Assembly (NCBI GenBank): GCA_028690055.1
Contig: JAQVBZ010000006.1
Coordinates: 392-64,391 of the forward strand
DNA length: 64,000 nt
From: Minisyncoccota bacterium
GTDB taxonomy: Bacteria; Patescibacteriota; Minisyncoccia; JAHIHE01; JAGLIN01
Direction: 5' to 3'
A model generated the notes under the pieces. The model did not search any database, was not told the origin of the DNA, and was given only the letters and a program-made list of their open reading frames with translations. The position numbers and the translations under genes are program-made. Positions 41,101 through 52,386 of this stretch are shown piece after piece. The stretch's first letter is position 1, and each line of letters begins with the position of its first letter.

Positions 41101-41234
41101 CTCGCTGGTTTATATATAAGGTGGAGTAGCAGACTTCAGTCTGCGCGGTTGTCCCACGCGAGAAAGAAGAAATATATACCTCGCATTTTTCGGCTTGTGA
41201 TAGCCGCGCGGGATAAATCCCGCTACTCCATGTA
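41101..41234. repeat. right arm of the 134-bp inverted repeat containing a GTAG REPIN (41122-41230)
   Basis: tggagtagcagacttcagtctgcgc...gcgcgggataaatcccgctactcca. Confidence 0.85.
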
Positions 41235-41359
41235 AACGGAATTTCCTATGTAACTCCAGATTCCTTAGTGATAAATAACGAATGTGGCACTATTTTTCAT
41301 TCATAACTTGCCATCATAGCACAGCATTACATATTTGTCAAGTATTTTCTTTACAACCC

Positions 41360-41388
41360 TTGACTTCTTCCTAAAAATCATCTAGAAT
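41360..41388 (+). promoter_or_regulatory. atp operon promoter
   Basis: TTGACT-17-TAGAAT. Confidence 0.65.
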
Positions 41389-41424
41389 GCCTCTGTTATT
41401 AAGTAAGAAAGTAAATCAGAAGAA

Positions 41425-42168
41425 ATGGAAATTTCTATCGCAGCAGAGACAGTTACTCATATTCTAGGAATACCGATTACAAATTCCCTGCTAGCCTCAT
41501 TACTCACTACAGTGGTTCTGGTAACCATAAGCTATTTTGCTACCAAAAATCTGAAAGAAGTCCCGCGCGGGATACAGAGTTTCATAGAATATGCTGTTGA
41601 GAGCCTATATAATATGATTCAGGACGTGACGGACGACAAGGAAAAGACTTATAAGTTCTTCCCTTTCGTTGCCACGATTTTTTTGTTTATAATCACCTCC
41701 AACTGGATGGGACTTCTTCCCGGATACGGCACGCTGGGAATTTACGAAGAAACAGCAGAGGGCGAGCAGATTCTGGTGTCATTCTTCAGGTCTGCCAACA
41801 GTGACCTCAATTCCACGATCGCTTTGGCCGTCGTCGGCGTATTATCTATACAGTTGATGGGAATCGCAGTTTTGGGTTTTGCGAAATATAGCAAGAAATT
41901 CCTCAACTTCAGCTCTCCTATCGCTTTTTTCATCGGTCTACTGGAAATCATCAGTGAGATCGCCAAGATGATTTCGTTTTCATTCAGACTTTTCGGGAAT
42001 ATATTCGCGGGAGAAGTCCTACTAACCGTCATAATGACCCTCGCGCCATTTGTGGCGCCACTGCCTTTCTTTGGATTGGAGCTCTTCGTGGGATTCATTC
42101 AGGCGTTAGTGTTCGCGATGCTTCTACTTGTCTTTATGAATATAGCGACTATGGAACACGAGGAATAA
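41425..42168 (+). CDS. atpB: ATP synthase Fo subunit a
   Basis: SFSFRLFGNIFAGE, FIQALVF. Confidence 0.95.
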   Translation: MEISIAAETVTHILGIPITNSLLASLLTTVVLVTISYFATKNLKEVPRGIQSFIEYAVESLYNMIQDVTDDKEKTYKFFPFVATIFLFIITSNWMGLLPGYGTLGIYEETAEGEQILVSFFRSANSDLNSTIALAVVGVLSIQLMGIAVLGFAKYSKKFLNFSSPIAFFIGLLEIISEIAKMISFSFRLFGNIFAGEVLLTVIMTLAPFVAPLPFFGLELFVGFIQALVFAMLLLVFMNIATMEHEE

Positions 42169-42228
42169 TAAATTTGAATACTGATAAGTTTATATATATT
42201 TAGTTAATTAATTCACTAAAAGAAGAAT

Positions 42229-42462
42229 ATGGAACTAACGACAGAAAACCTTCAGATCATTTTCGCGTCAGCGACAATCGTTCTCGGAGCTATCACACCT
42301 TCATTGGCTATCGGAAAGATTGCGAGTACAGGATTGGAAGCAATCGGACGAAACCCGGAAGCAGCTGCGGATGTGAAATCGACCATGATCTTGGGTGTGG
42401 CTTTTGCGGAAGCAATCGCTATCTACTCTTTGGTAGTAGCCCTTATCATCAAGTTTGTATAA
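42229..42462 (+). CDS. atpE: ATP synthase Fo subunit c (probably H+-type)
   Basis: GRNPEA loop; FAEAIAIY has Ala rather than Ser/Thr after the Glu. Confidence 0.95.
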   Translation: MELTTENLQIIFASATIVLGAITPSLAIGKIASTGLEAIGRNPEAAADVKSTMILGVAFAEAIAIYSLVVALIIKFV

Positions 42463-42535
42463 TAAATCGGGGCTTGCCCCCCTTTTATGTTAGAACATAA
42501 TGCTTATGTTCTAAATAACGAAACAAAAGACAGAC

Positions 42536-42670
42536 GTCATCCAGAGGTATCCTGAAGGATCCCATTACTAAATCGTAAAACGTTGTATAACGTCTTATCG
42601 GTATGGTTTCGGGTTTTTCACCTCGCTTGCGAAATTCACCCTCGACCGCAATCAAAGGTTCGCAGTAACA
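42536..42670. repeat. degenerate TGTCAT-family element between atpE and atpF
   Basis: gtcatccagaggtatcctgaaggatccc ... ttcgcagtaaca. Confidence 0.6.
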
Positions 42671-42729
42671 ATCATAATTTTGTTTCATTATTCGGAATAT
42701 AAAATTAAATAATTTAAAAGATAAAGTCT

Positions 42730-43224
42730 ATGGAGTTATTTACCAAGCTGGGAATAAATGGAGCGCTTTTGATTTCACAAATCGTCAATTTCACTCTTCT
42801 TATAATCCTTCTCAAGAAATACGCCTACTCGCCGGTCCTGAAGGTGCTGAGCGACCGCTCGGATAAGATCGAGAAAAGTCTGGAACAGGCCAAAAAGATA
42901 GAAGAGGAACTCAGGAACACTGAAGAAACCAAAGTGACGGAAATAAAGAAGGCCAAAGAAGAAGCGGCGGAAATCGTCAAAAAGTCCTACGACGTTGCGC
43001 AGGCGAATTCTGAAAAAGCCATTGACGAGACCCGTAAAAAGACGCAGGAAATCGTCGCCAAGGCCAAGGAAGAGATTCAGGACGAAAAAGTCAGATCAGT
43101 AAAAGAAGCGGAAAAAGAAATCGCCGATCTGGCCATATCGATAGCAGAGAAGATCATCCATAAGAACTTGGATAGCGCTGTCGAGAAGAAATTGGCAGAA
43201 GAGACTTTGTCTAAAATAAAATAG
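42730..43224 (+). CDS. atpF: ATP synthase Fo subunit b
   Basis: QIVNF TM anchor, coiled coil, operon position. Confidence 0.92.
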   Translation: MELFTKLGINGALLISQIVNFTLLIILLKKYAYSPVLKVLSDRSDKIEKSLEQAKKIEEELRNTEETKVTEIKKAKEEAAEIVKKSYDVAQANSEKAIDETRKKTQEIVAKAKEEIQDEKVRSVKEAEKEIADLAISIAEKIIHKNLDSAVEKKLAEETLSKIK

Positions 43225-43228
43225 CACT

Positions 43229-43615
43229 ATGAAGATAACACCCAAACAATATGCCATCAGTCTCTACGAGATTACCAGAGACGCGAAGAAGGAAGAATCA
43301 AGCGAGATGATAAAAAGTTTCGTAGACCTCCTGCGCTTCAATAACAATCTCTCGATGGAGAAAAGGATCGTCGAAGAATACCAGAAATACTGCCGCAAAC
43401 AGAAAGGTATTTCCAAGGTCAGGATAAAGAGCGGCGAGAAACTGAGTCCGGAAATCGTGAGCAGCATCGTCAAACACTTCGCTGGACAAGTCGAGCTTGA
43501 AGAAGAAGTGGAGCCGAACCTCATCGGCGGTATCTCGATAGAAATCGACGATGACACGCTGATTGACGGCAGTGTCAGGAAAAAGCTGGAAAATTTAAGA
43601 CAGGCCATAGGTTGA
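43229..43615 (+). CDS. atpH: ATP synthase F1 delta (short form)
   Basis: YAISL, LIGGI...IDGSV. Confidence 0.88.
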   Translation: MKITPKQYAISLYEITRDAKKEESSEMIKSFVDLLRFNNNLSMEKRIVEEYQKYCRKQKGISKVRIKSGEKLSPEIVSSIVKHFAGQVELEEEVEPNLIGGISIEIDDDTLIDGSVRKKLENLRQAIG

Positions 43616-43647
43616 ATTTAAATATTTTATAAATAAAAGTAATAAGT

Positions 43648-45180
43648 ATGAATAGCTATATCATAGAGAATCTCAAGAAGCAGATTGCCGGAGCCAAAAC
43701 GGAAGCTCAGGTGGAAAAAGTCGGAAAGGTCATCAAGATCGGAGACGGCGTGGCCACTTTGAACGGTATCAGCGAAGTTATGAGCGGTGAGCTTTTGGAA
43801 TTCCAAAACGGCATCTTCGGCGTGGCCCTCAACCTAGAGGAAGACGGCGTGGGTGTGATGATTATGGGAGATTATAAGAAAATCAAGGAAGGTGACGTCG
43901 CTAAGAGCACCGGTAGGATTTTGGAAGTGCCGGTAGGAGAAGCGATGGTAGGTAGAGTGGTAAATGCCTTGGGAGAACCTTTGGACGGAATGGGTGAAAT
44001 CAAGACCGATAAATTCTTCCCGGTGGAAAAAGTCGCGCCGCGTGTTATAACCCGTAAATCAGTAGATACCCCTCTCCAAACCGGAATCAAAGCCATAGAC
44101 TCGATGATACCGATTGGAAAAGGACAGCGTGAACTCATCATCGGCGACCGCCAGATCGGAAAGACTGCGATTGCTATCGATACCATTATCAACCAGAAAG
44201 GCAAAGACGTAACCTGTATCTACGTCGCTATCGGACAGAAAGAGTCCAAAATCGCCAAAATCGTCGCCAGACTCAAAGAAACGGGCGCAATGGAACACAC
44301 CATTATCGTGTTAGCTGGTGCTTCCGATCCGGCAGCTATGTCATATATCGCTCCTTACGCCGGATGTGCGATGGGAGAATTCTTTATGGACCAAGGCAAG
44401 GATGCGCTCATCATTTACGATGATTTGACCAAACACGCGCAAGCTTACCGCCAGATATCACTGATTCTGCGCAGACCGCCAGGACGTGAAGCTTATCCGG
44501 GGGATGTCTTCTATCTCCACTCCAGACTTTTGGAGCGTGCCGCTAAATTGGACGAGAAATACGGAGGCGGATCATTAACTGCCCTGCCGATTATCGAAAC
44601 CCAGGCGGGGGACGTCAGTGCTTATATTCCAACCAACGTAATTTCCATCACCGACGGACAGATTTTCTTGGAAACCGACCTCTTCTATCAAGGTATAAGA
44701 CCAGCTATCAACCCGGGTATTTCAGTATCACGTGTAGGATCCGCCGCCCAGACCAAAGCTATGAAGAAAGTTGCCGGTAAATTGCGTTTGGAATTGGCCC
44801 AGTTCCGTGAAATGGCCGCTTTCGCACAGTTCTCATCCGACCTCGACAAAGAGACAAAGAACAAGATTGAAAGAGGAAAGAGACTTACGGAAGTGCTTAA
44901 ACAAGAACAGTATTCTCCCCTTTCCGTTTCCCAGCAGGTAACTATCATCTTCGCAACCATCAACGGCTTCTTGGATGAGATAAAGGTGGAAGACGTAAAG
45001 AAATTCGAAGCAGAACTCTTAGCCTACGTCGGCGAACAAAAAGCTGAAATTTTCGAAAACATCGAGAAAGAAAAAACCATTTCCGATGACACCGACAAGA
45101 TGTTGCGCGAAACCGTCGAAGATTTCAAGAATGCTTTTATAAAACAAGACGCTCCGGAAAAGACGGAAAAAAAGAAATAA
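43648..45180 (+). CDS. atpA: ATP synthase F1 alpha
   Basis: [27 protein letters not shown]. Confidence 0.97.
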   Translation: MNSYIIENLKKQIAGAKTEAQVEKVGKVIKIGDGVATLNGISEVMSGELLEFQNGIFGVALNLEEDGVGVMIMGDYKKIKEGDVAKSTGRILEVPVGEAMVGRVVNALGEPLDGMGEIKTDKFFPVEKVAPRVITRKSVDTPLQTGIKAIDSMIPIGKGQRELIIGDRQIGKTAIAIDTIINQKGKDVTCIYVAIGQKESKIAKIVARLKETGAMEHTIIVLAGASDPAAMSYIAPYAGCAMGEFFMDQGKDALIIYDDLTKHAQAYRQISLILRRPPGREAYPGDVFYLHSRLLERAAKLDEKYGGGSLTALPIIETQAGDVSAYIPTNVISITDGQIFLETDLFYQGIRPAINPGISVSRVGSAAQTKAMKKVAGKLRLELAQFREMAAFAQFSSDLDKETKNKIERGKRLTEVLKQEQYSPLSVSQQVTIIFATINGFLDEIKVEDVKKFEAELLAYVGEQKAEIFENIEKEKTISDDTDKMLRETVEDFKNAFIKQDAPEKTEKKK

Positions 45181-45189
45181 AACCTTAAT

Positions 45190-45321
45190 TGTTATCCCGA
45201 AGGGCGTACTCGCCTGAGGGATTTGGGAAATATGTTAAGACTATGACAATATTATTTTTATCTTAAACTTATATTCGCATAGTATTATTCCCTGACTTCT
45301 CGCAAGCGCTTCGAAATGACA
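45190..45321. repeat. TGTCAT-family element between atpA and atpG
   Basis: left arm is nearly the reverse complement of the right arm at 62289-62330. Confidence 0.8.
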
Positions 45322-45339
45322 GATATAATATTTATAAAT

Positions 45340-46242
45340 ATGGAATCGACCAGAACTATAAAAAGACAGATCCAGTCCACCAAGAACATCGCCAAGATTA
45401 CCAAGGCGATGGAGATGGTTTCGGCTGCCAAAATGAGGAGAAGCCAAGAAGCGGCGCTCATCGCCAGACCTTACGCGGAAGCGGCACTCAAACTTCTGGG
45501 CAATGTCAGTAACTCCTTGGAAGAAAAAAAGGACTATCCTCTCACCCATAAACGTGAAGTCGAAAAGCTTTGCCTTCTAGTCATCACTTCCGACAAGGGG
45601 CTCTGTGGCGCGCTCAACAGTTCGATCCTCAAAGAAGCGAGCCGGATTATCAATGAGAACCAAGACAAAGAAATCTGCTTGGTCACTATCGGCAAAAAAG
45701 GTGAAAAATTCTTCCGAGGTAAACAGAAAGTCATCGCCGTCTTCGACAGCATCGGAGACACCGTGGAATTAATGGAGACTCTACCCATTTCCCATCTACT
45801 GATGAAGGATTTTTTGGCGGAAGACTATGACAAAGTTATTGCTGTTTATACCGACTTTGTCTCTACTTTGAAGCAAAGCGTAAAAACAAGAACCCTTCTT
45901 CCTGTAAGCGAGGAGAGTATCAAGAAGACCATCGACGAATTGGGAATTAACGAGATAGGACGCACCAAAAAGATGAAAGATGCGACAGAATATATTTTCG
46001 AACCGTCGCCGGAAGAGGTCCTGGAAAAGCTCCTGCCTAACTTGGTAGAAACGCAAGTATTCCACGTAGTTTTGGAGTCCAACGCTTCCGAGCACAGCGC
46101 GCGTATGGTGGCGATGAAAAGCTCCACCGACAACGCTCAGGACATGTTGGAAGATCTCAAACTCTACTACAACAGCGCCAGACAAGGAAAGATTACACAG
46201 GAAATGACTGAGATTGCAGCAGGAGTTGCGGCACAGGAATAA
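45340..46242 (+). CDS. atpG: ATP synthase F1 gamma
   Basis: KITKAMEMVSAAK, SDKGLCG, SEHSARMVAM, RQGKITQE. Confidence 0.95.
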   Translation: MESTRTIKRQIQSTKNIAKITKAMEMVSAAKMRRSQEAALIARPYAEAALKLLGNVSNSLEEKKDYPLTHKREVEKLCLLVITSDKGLCGALNSSILKEASRIINENQDKEICLVTIGKKGEKFFRGKQKVIAVFDSIGDTVELMETLPISHLLMKDFLAEDYDKVIAVYTDFVSTLKQSVKTRTLLPVSEESIKKTIDELGINEIGRTKKMKDATEYIFEPSPEEVLEKLLPNLVETQVFHVVLESNASEHSARMVAMKSSTDNAQDMLEDLKLYYNSARQGKITQEMTEIAAGVAAQE

Positions 46243-46625
46243 AGTTTGTCATCCTATAAGAATCTCTTCGATAGTTGAAGAGATTCTACGAAATAATAAA
46301 AGCACGTTTAAAATTTAGAGATTGATTTTTGGGAAAAATCTATCAGGAGGAATACAAATAGCAGCAATAGAACATCCATTAAAAATAGAAGTTATATATA
46401 AAAAAGAAAAAGAGGAAGAACTCAGAAAAAAAATTAGAGCCGCGTTAGAGGACCCCCTTACCAAAGAACCACAGATTAGAATCTTTCCTGCAAAATAAAG
46501 GAGAGGTAGTAGCAATGATCTTTCAAACAAACAGATCATACTGGTTAAGACAGGCATTACTCGGGAAAAAGTGTTTCCAAGATAGGATATACTGCCTACT
46601 TAGGTTCATAGAAACTTTTTCCTGA

Positions 46626-48074
<1,449 letters not shown>

Positions 48075-48097
48075 GAGATATTTCTTAAGTTTCCCAT

Positions 48098-48520
48098 ATG
48101 AAAATAGATTTACAAGTAGTCACGCCGGAAAAAATCGCCTTCAAGGGCGAGATTAATCAGATATCTCTCCCGACCAAAAACGGGCAGATTACTATTTTGC
48201 CTAACCATATTTCTCTGGTGAGTACCATCGAAGGCGGAGAGCTTATCATCAAAAATGATAAGGAGGAGACTTTGCTGGCAGTCTACGGTGGTTTTGTGGA
48301 AGTTCGGAAAAATCAGGTGCGGGTGATGACTGATGTCGCACAGCGCGTGGACGAAATCGACGAAGAAAAGGCACAGAAAGCTCGCGATGAGGCACAGAAA
48401 AGACTCACGCAAAAGGATCAGATGAGTGATGTCGATTTCGCCGATGCGTTAAGACAGTTGGAAAAATCTTTGGCTTTATTGAAAGTAGCCGGTAGTATAA
48501 AGAGGAGAGGGATTAAGTAA
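48098..48520 (+). CDS. atpC: ATP synthase F1 epsilon
   Basis: VVTPE, GQITILPNH, GGFVEV. Confidence 0.93.
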   Translation: MKIDLQVVTPEKIAFKGEINQISLPTKNGQITILPNHISLVSTIEGGELIIKNDKEETLLAVYGGFVEVRKNQVRVMTDVAQRVDEIDEEKAQKARDEAQKRLTQKDQMSDVDFADALRQLEKSLALLKVAGSIKRRGIK

Positions 48521-48527
48521 ACCGACG

Positions 48528-48643
48528 TGTCATTCTGAGGTACACCAAAGAATCCCGAACTTTAACTCGCGAAACCTTATTCAGGGTTTATATTTCATGG
48601 TAACGGGATCCTTCGCTCCGCTATCGCTACACTTAGGATGACA
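48528..48643. repeat. TGTCAT-family element after atpC
   Basis: tgtcattctgag...aagaatcccg ... cgggatccttcg...ttaggatgaca. Confidence 0.8.
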
Positions 48644-48657
48644 GGTAATTAATCGAA

Positions 48658-49557
48658 ATGAATTTAAAAGAAGCGATTACCTTCGCACAAATCAAACTCA
48701 AAGAAAAAGGCATAACTTCCGCACCACTAGATGCGGAAGTTTTGCTATTGGCGGCAATTGATGGAGAAAATAAAGATAAGAGCTGGATGTATCTCAACTT
48801 GGAAAAATATATTTTATCCCCGGAAGAAGAAAAAACTTTCAAGAGTTTCATCCGGCGCCGGGAAAAAAACGAACCTGCCGCCTACATCACAGGCAAAAAA
48901 GAATTTTATGGCATCGATTTTTTTGTAGACAAGAATGTTCTGATTCCGCGGGTTGAAACCGAAATCATCGTGGACGAAGTCCTTGCTATTGTTAAAAGCG
49001 CTAAAGACAATCTCACGCTGATCGACATCGGCACCGGATCGGGATGCATTCCGATCAGCATTCTTAAAACCATCGATGCGTCCGGATTGTCTCGCTGGAT
49101 AAAAAAGGTGTATGCCGATGACATCTCCGACAACGCCTTAAAAGTTGCCCGCACCAATGCCAAGCTGCATAAAGTCTCCCCCCTGATTACTTTTTTGGAT
49201 TGCGACCTGGAAATCGCTTTGGACAAAATCAAGAAGAGCAAGAATCTGATCCTGACCGCCAACTTGCCCTACATTTCTCCAGAAGGTTATGAAAAACTTG
49301 CGCCTAATATCAAGAGTTTTGAACCCAAAATCGCCCTGACAACTAAAAATAAAGGCCTATATCACATTACTCGCCTCATCGAAAAATTTGCCGCCCTGAG
49401 TCCGCATATGAGTTCATATCACATTTTCTTGGAGGCAGACCCCATGCAGATGAAGAGTATCGAGAGTCTTGCGAAAAAAAATCTGCAAAATACCAAGACA
49501 GAAATCATCAGAGACCTGCGCGGCAAGAAAAGAGTCGCAAAGATTTATAAAAAATGA
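48658..49557 (+). CDS. prmC: release factor glutamine methyltransferase
   Basis: EPAAYITG, VLIPRVETE, DIGTGSG, NLPY (NPPY variant). Confidence 0.9.
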   Translation: MNLKEAITFAQIKLKEKGITSAPLDAEVLLLAAIDGENKDKSWMYLNLEKYILSPEEEKTFKSFIRRREKNEPAAYITGKKEFYGIDFFVDKNVLIPRVETEIIVDEVLAIVKSAKDNLTLIDIGTGSGCIPISILKTIDASGLSRWIKKVYADDISDNALKVARTNAKLHKVSPLITFLDCDLEIALDKIKKSKNLILTANLPYISPEGYEKLAPNIKSFEPKIALTTKNKGLYHITRLIEKFAALSPHMSSYHIFLEADPMQMKSIESLAKKNLQNTKTEIIRDLRGKKRVAKIYKK

Positions 49558-49760
49558 CAAGACGATAACACAATGCGGGAGCAAGTTTAAACCGGCTTCT
49601 TTCAGTTTTAAATCTCAATACGAGTTCTTGTTAGATTAATCTTCTCCAAACCGACATAAAGACCTTAAGATTAATTCCGTTTAAACTAAAAAACAAAAGG
49701 AGCAAGTGAATACCCTCTCCCGCATCAACATCCACCGACACCAGCCCATAAAGACAAACA

Positions 49761-49795
49761 TAAAACCGACCGCCATAAAGGCGATCGGTTTTATT
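49761..49795. terminator. terminator hairpin downstream of the H1-like gene
   Basis: taaaaccgaccgcc-ataaa-ggcgatcggttttat. Confidence 0.7.
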
Positions 49796-49819
49796 TGTGA
49801 AAGTTTGTTTAGAAAAATA

Positions 49820-50032
49820 TTATTTCTTCTTCTTAGCAGCGACTTTCTTCTTAGCGGCCGGTTTCTTCTTAGCAGCGACTTTTTTAACAGTCTTCTTGGC
49901 AGCTACCTTCTTCTTCGGGGCAGCTTTCTTTACAGCCTTCTTAACAGTCTTCTTTACAACTTTTTTCACAGCCTTCTTGGCTACCTTCTTCTTCGGGGCA
50001 GCTTTTTTAGCAGTTGTCTTTTTTGTTACCAT
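49820..50032 (-). CDS. histone H1-like Lys/Ala-rich repeat protein (70 aa)
   Basis: KKxxx pentapeptide repeats, AAGGAGGT RBS, terminator downstream. Confidence 0.8.
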   Translation of the reverse strand: MVTKKTTAKKAAPKKKVAKKAVKKVVKKTVKKAVKKAAPKKKVAAKKTVKKVAAKKKPAAKKKVAAKKKK

Positions 50033-50851
50033 TTGAAACACCTCCTTTCTGTCTTTTTATTTCTTGAAGATAAAATTATCTTGAATATTTTTTTAAAAAT
50101 TCAAAGTAAAAAATCACTTACAATTTAATTATACATCAAAATAAATAATAAACAATATTTTGTCAAGCATTTCTATTATAAAATAAATATTTTTTATTTT
50201 TTTAAAAAATTTATCAAAAATATTTTTCTAGAAAATAGAATTTATCAAAAAACTATTCCACACACTCCGCGGCCGGATTAATTTACAGAAAAATATTCTC
50301 TCTGACATATGCTGTCCTCATCAGCCGCGACAAAAATCACTAAATAATTTATAGGCTAAAACGGCTCTAATAAGCCATTACCTGACTACGAATAACGCAT
50401 CGACTATTATCCATAAAAAAAATAAAGAACCATCATACGACAACTGCGCCGACATTTCAAGTTCCATCTCTAGTAAAATCTTTTATGATGCGTAACCGAG
50501 AAGATTGTCCCTACTTACCGATAAAAATTATCTTTGCCGTATGTTCATTCTGAAAAAAATATCCTTCCGAAAAAACACCGACAACATATTTTAACAATAA
50601 ACATGATTTTATATCTTTTTAATCTAAAAAATATTTTCATTAAATCTTCTGATTCATCATTCCGAATCGAGAAGAAAGATGAATCGCTCTCGTTGATTCG
50701 TTCGTTCCAACCGAATTTTTCGTTTCGATTTCAACTTAATAAACCATAAAACCGAGAAAAAACTCTCGTTCATTGTACGGGTTGCTCCAACGGGCCGATC
50801 TCTAAACCATATGAAAGAAAGATTACATAAAGTTCAGTGAAATATCGTGGC

Positions 50852-50915
50852 GAGATCGTCGCTTCGTCAGATCGGAACACATAAAATATTGTGCCCCTCA
50901 CGAATCACAATGACA
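50852..50915. repeat. right arm of a CGCAATGACA-type element with nested GTAG-like REP (50874-50901)
   Basis: gagatcgtcgcttcg-[cacataaaatattgtgcccctcac]-tcacaatgaca. Confidence 0.55.
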
Positions 50916-51144
50916 TTTTAAGATTTATGTTTCCACGGATATTTGCCTCGTAACTTTCCCAATAACATATCTTTTTTATTTTTTTATTTCATTTACTAGA
51001 CAAAAACACTCTAAAATGTCATTCACCCCCCATTTTTGGCTAAAACTTGCCATTTATTGCCGTTATGGTAAAATTTAAGTAAGAGAAATACGGTTTTTTA
51101 GATATTTGACATTAAAAAATTTAAAAAGAAAGGAGGTGTTTAAA

Positions 51145-51828
51145 GTGCCCGAAGAAGAAATCGAGTCATCAACCTCCGACGAAAAAGGATGGTTGGGAAA
51201 AATCAAGGATAGCATCTATCAGAATTGGCAAACCATACTCGTTGCCCTTATCGTTCTGATAGTAGGAATTAGCGCTTACAACTACAACGAGAATACCGGA
51301 ACAAACTCAACCGAGACGGCTAATCAAGAAGAAGCGGCGGATACTGAGGGAGAAGCGACGGAAGAAGCAAATGCCGAGGAAGAGACAGAGAACCCGGAGG
51401 AAAGTGTTGAAGCTGAAGATAAAGTGGTTGCGGAACAGGAGCAAACTCAGGAAACGACGACTCAAACGACCGAAGAGACTGCACGGCAGACTGAAGAAAC
51501 AAAAATTGAAGAAACAAACACAAATACAACTAATGCAGTGGAAAATATCGATGAAGGTTATAAAGTCGTGGCAGTAAAAGGAGAAGGCATCACGCATCTG
51601 ACGAGAAAAGCCCTCAACCAATATTTGTCAGAAAACAACGACAGCGAACTCACTGCTTCTCATAAAGTATACATCGAAGACTATCTACAGAACCGAATCG
51701 GAAGCCAAGGAATTGAAATAGGCCACGCAGAGGATATTTCCAAAGCATCCATCGAAGAAGCGATTGCCGCTTCAAAAGGACTTTCTCAGAGCTCACTGGA
51801 TAATCTGAAGAAATATACACTAGAATAA
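51145..51828 (+). CDS. membrane-anchored acidic Glu/Thr-rich hypothetical protein
   Basis: AAGGAGGT RBS and GTG start, one TM, C-terminal GEGITHLTRKA...HKVYIEDYL domain. Confidence 0.8.
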   Translation: MPEEEIESSTSDEKGWLGKIKDSIYQNWQTILVALIVLIVGISAYNYNENTGTNSTETANQEEAADTEGEATEEANAEEETENPEESVEAEDKVVAEQEQTQETTTQTTEETARQTEETKIEETNTNTTNAVENIDEGYKVVAVKGEGITHLTRKALNQYLSENNDSELTASHKVYIEDYLQNRIGSQGIEIGHAEDISKASIEEAIAASKGLSQSSLDNLKKYTLE

Positions 51829-51873
51829 AACACGGCTTAATAAAACGCATTCAAATATCAAAACGCATACGAC

Positions 51874-51897
51874 AAAACCCCGATGATCGGGGTTTTT
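51874..51897 (+). terminator. intrinsic terminator
   Basis: aaaaccccgat-g-atcggggttttt. Confidence 0.7.
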
Positions 51898-52019
51898 GTT
51901 ACAAGCAAAAACCCACCGGCGTCAGCCGGTGAGTGCTTTTAGAGTGATAGCTCTCGGATAAGGACAACGCTATGATCATCTGATCATCATTTCCTTACAT
52001 CAACATAGTCCCGAGACTG

Positions 52020-52126
52020 TGTCATCCTGAACTTGTTTCAGGATTATCTTTGTATTACGCATAAGCAGTATATCGTACAGCATTAACGATACATAACGAA
52101 GATTCCGGATCAAGTCCAGAATAACA
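52020..52126. repeat. TGTCAT-family element (TCCTGAACTTGTTTCAGGA subtype)
   Basis: tgtcatcctgaacttgtttcaggat ... attccggatcaagtccagaataaca. Confidence 0.8.
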
Positions 52127-52386
52127 GACAGAGAAAACAATATACCATGAACAACAAATACGAAGTTACAGCAAGTATTCAGACCCACAACGAGTAGATT
52201 CTAATCGGTAACCCTTGCTCAAGTGGCGGGCGTAGATTGCCTAACAGATACCCCCGGAGTTTTAGTAGGGGGTATGATCATTTTGATCGTACCATTTCTG
52301 CTATAGTCCAAAATCCAGAATCTGAGACAAAGAAAGAGATGCGATAAATCGCGTCTCTACAAAATACAAATAAAATATTCAAAATG

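Noticed and set aside
43229-43615. Genetic code 25 (UGA as Gly), as in Gracilibacteria/Absconditabacteria
   Set aside because: atpH and prmC end in TGA at the expected positions, and conserved genes are intact under code 11.
50050-51100. Replication origin in the AT-rich intergenic region
   Set aside because: No cluster of TTATCCACA boxes and no dnaA nearby.
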